The notes under the pieces: generated by a model
Told to the model about the DNA's origin: nothing
The model's database searches: none
What the model saw: only the letters and a program-made list of their open reading frames with translations
Made by a program: the position numbers and the translations under genes
Virus record (IMG/VR): IMGVR_UViG_3300046369_000448
Span: 1 to 24,844 of that record
DNA from: a virus
Lineage: Duplodnaviria > Caudoviricetes
Length of the DNA: 24,844 nt
Direction: 5' to 3' (one strand)
In this document: positions 23,832-24,844 of the stretch, piece by piece
Layout: every line of letters starts with the position of its first letter
How positions within the stretch are numbered: the first letter of the stretch is position 1

Positions 23832-24112
23832 ACTTAGGTGAGATAATAAGAGAATCTGTCACACAAATTTGGAGTCGTAAAGGCGGCAAGAGTGTTCGTA
23901 AGTATCGTTGCACAAGTGGAACGAGAAAAGGACGTATTGTCGCAAATCCAAGTACGTGTACAAAACCTAAGAACTTAAAAAAAGCAGCAAGTCTTAAAAG
24001 AACAAAAGCCATGAAAGGCAGTAGTTTAAAGATCAAATCTGCAAGAACAAAAAGAGCCAACCCGGCAGCTAAAAAGTTGCGCAGGGTAAACCTAAAACCA
24101 AGGAAGATGTAG
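23828..24112 (+). CDS. Highly basic two-Cys protein (paralog B)
   Basis: MNLGEIIRE followed by QIWSRKGGKSVRKYRCTSGTRKGRIVANPSTC; ATGA coupling. Confidence 0.8.
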   Translation: MNLGEIIRESVTQIWSRKGGKSVRKYRCTSGTRKGRIVANPSTCTKPKNLKKAASLKRTKAMKGSSLKIKSARTKRANPAAKKLRRVNLKPRKM

Positions 24113-24113
24113 C

Positions 24114-24353
24114 ATGAAGATTATTGAATTATTAGCAGAGCAAAATATGCAACTGCAAGTTTTGGACGATAACGATGACGAAACAACACTTCAAGATCCT
24201 GCTACAAAAATAAAAACCGTAGTCCCCAAAGACCCTAAAAAACCTGGGATGATTTCAAAAGACCAAACCGGTAAGTTAAGTTTGAATACTAAAACTACAG
24301 GACCAGTTGACAGAGGAATCAAACCAGGAGATGTGGTACAGGTACAGAGATGA
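24114..24353 (+). CDS. Hypothetical late protein
   Basis: N-terminus MKIIELLAE; in-operon. Confidence 0.75.
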   Translation: MKIIELLAEQNMQLQVLDDNDDETTLQDPATKIKTVVPKDPKKPGMISKDQTGKLSLNTKTTGPVDRGIKPGDVVQVQR

Positions 24354-24568
24354 AGTATGGTGATCTCACAGTTAGAACTATTCTAACAAATGAAGAAGCA
24401 GAGGTGTTGGATAAAACATTCGGCGCAAAGCCTATGCACATCTTTACAGAACGTGAGCAAACCATAATTCAAAACCTCATACGCAAGGACATGGTAACTA
24501 AAGTAACACATAAAGGTGTATGTATGGTTGTAGGTTATGGACAGTCAAAAGATCAAGAAAGAGTTTGA
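24350..24568 (+). CDS. Small hypothetical protein, possibly HTH-like (TEREQTIIQNLIRKD)
   Basis: ATGA coupling. Confidence 0.7.
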   Translation: MKYGDLTVRTILTNEEAEVLDKTFGAKPMHIFTEREQTIIQNLIRKDMVTKVTHKGVCMVVGYGQSKDQERV

Positions 24569-24844
24569 AGAAATAATACTATCTGGATTGGCAAAGACAC
24601 CTTTGCCATATGTTCAGCACGACAGTATTAGAATAGGTAAAGTAGTTATTACTCCGAAGTCTGATGGCTATAGTGTTTATAATCTTACTACCAAACAACG
24701 ATTAGGAAAAACTCTTAGCAAACGCGGCGCTCTTGCTCTAGCAAAAGTTTGCAGCAGCCGATGTACTTCTGAACAAGTCCAGAGTATACTAGACTTAGAC
24801 AGAGGATATAATAAGTACGAAGCGGACTGTGTATTTTATTTGCA
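24537..24844 (+). CDS. Hypothetical protein, runs off the right edge (MDSQKIKKEFEEIILSG...)
   Basis: Hand-translated; open to the end of the window. Confidence 0.7.
   Translation, partial: MDSQKIKKEFEEIILSGLAKTPLPYVQHDSIRIGKVVITPKSDGYSVYNLTTKQRLGKTLSKRGALALAKVCSSRCTSEQVQSILDLDRGYNKYEADCVFYL

Noticed and set aside
7-24060. Antisense and alternate-frame ORFs in the track (e.g. 7-195, 793-1080, 2076-2453, 5539-5820, 9949-10266, 17312-17785, 19759-20232, 23498-23779, 23776-24060)
   Set aside because: They are shadows of better-supported genes on the opposite strand, with no RBS or recognisable motifs.

Overview
This is a fragment of a large lytic dsDNA phage with T4-like transcription signals. 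The host is probably a marine alphaproteobacterium (Rhodobacteraceae-like), inferred from a Shemin-pathway ALA synthase, pseudoazurin, a CtaH-like peptide and DUF1127 proteins. There are three zones. (1) 1-5700, minus strand: an early host-takeover region of about 18 small genes, including YubB/DUF1281-like and LPD29-like proteins. It is divided into cassettes by eight copies of a conserved sigma70-type promoter-plus-RBS repeat, and two copies share an identical 37 bp. (2) 5750-18730: an auxiliary-gene region with YqgE/AlgH, an HNH nuclease, hemA-ybaN and a translationally coupled pseudoazurin/MCPAC/DoxX/CtaH-like/DUF6356 operon. It also has DUF1127-like small genes behind two structured leaders sharing a covarying hairpin, a PiT-like transporter, a UDP-sugar dehydrogenase, prs and a class-3 lipase. 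(3) 18790-end, plus strand: late genes behind TAAATA promoters, many with N-termini like T4 capsid-targeting/prohead-protease signals. These include a Pol-beta-type nucleotidyltransferase next to a KxDG ligase-fold protein, and two very basic Cys-containing paralogs. Family calls come from motif recognition by eye; no database search was run.
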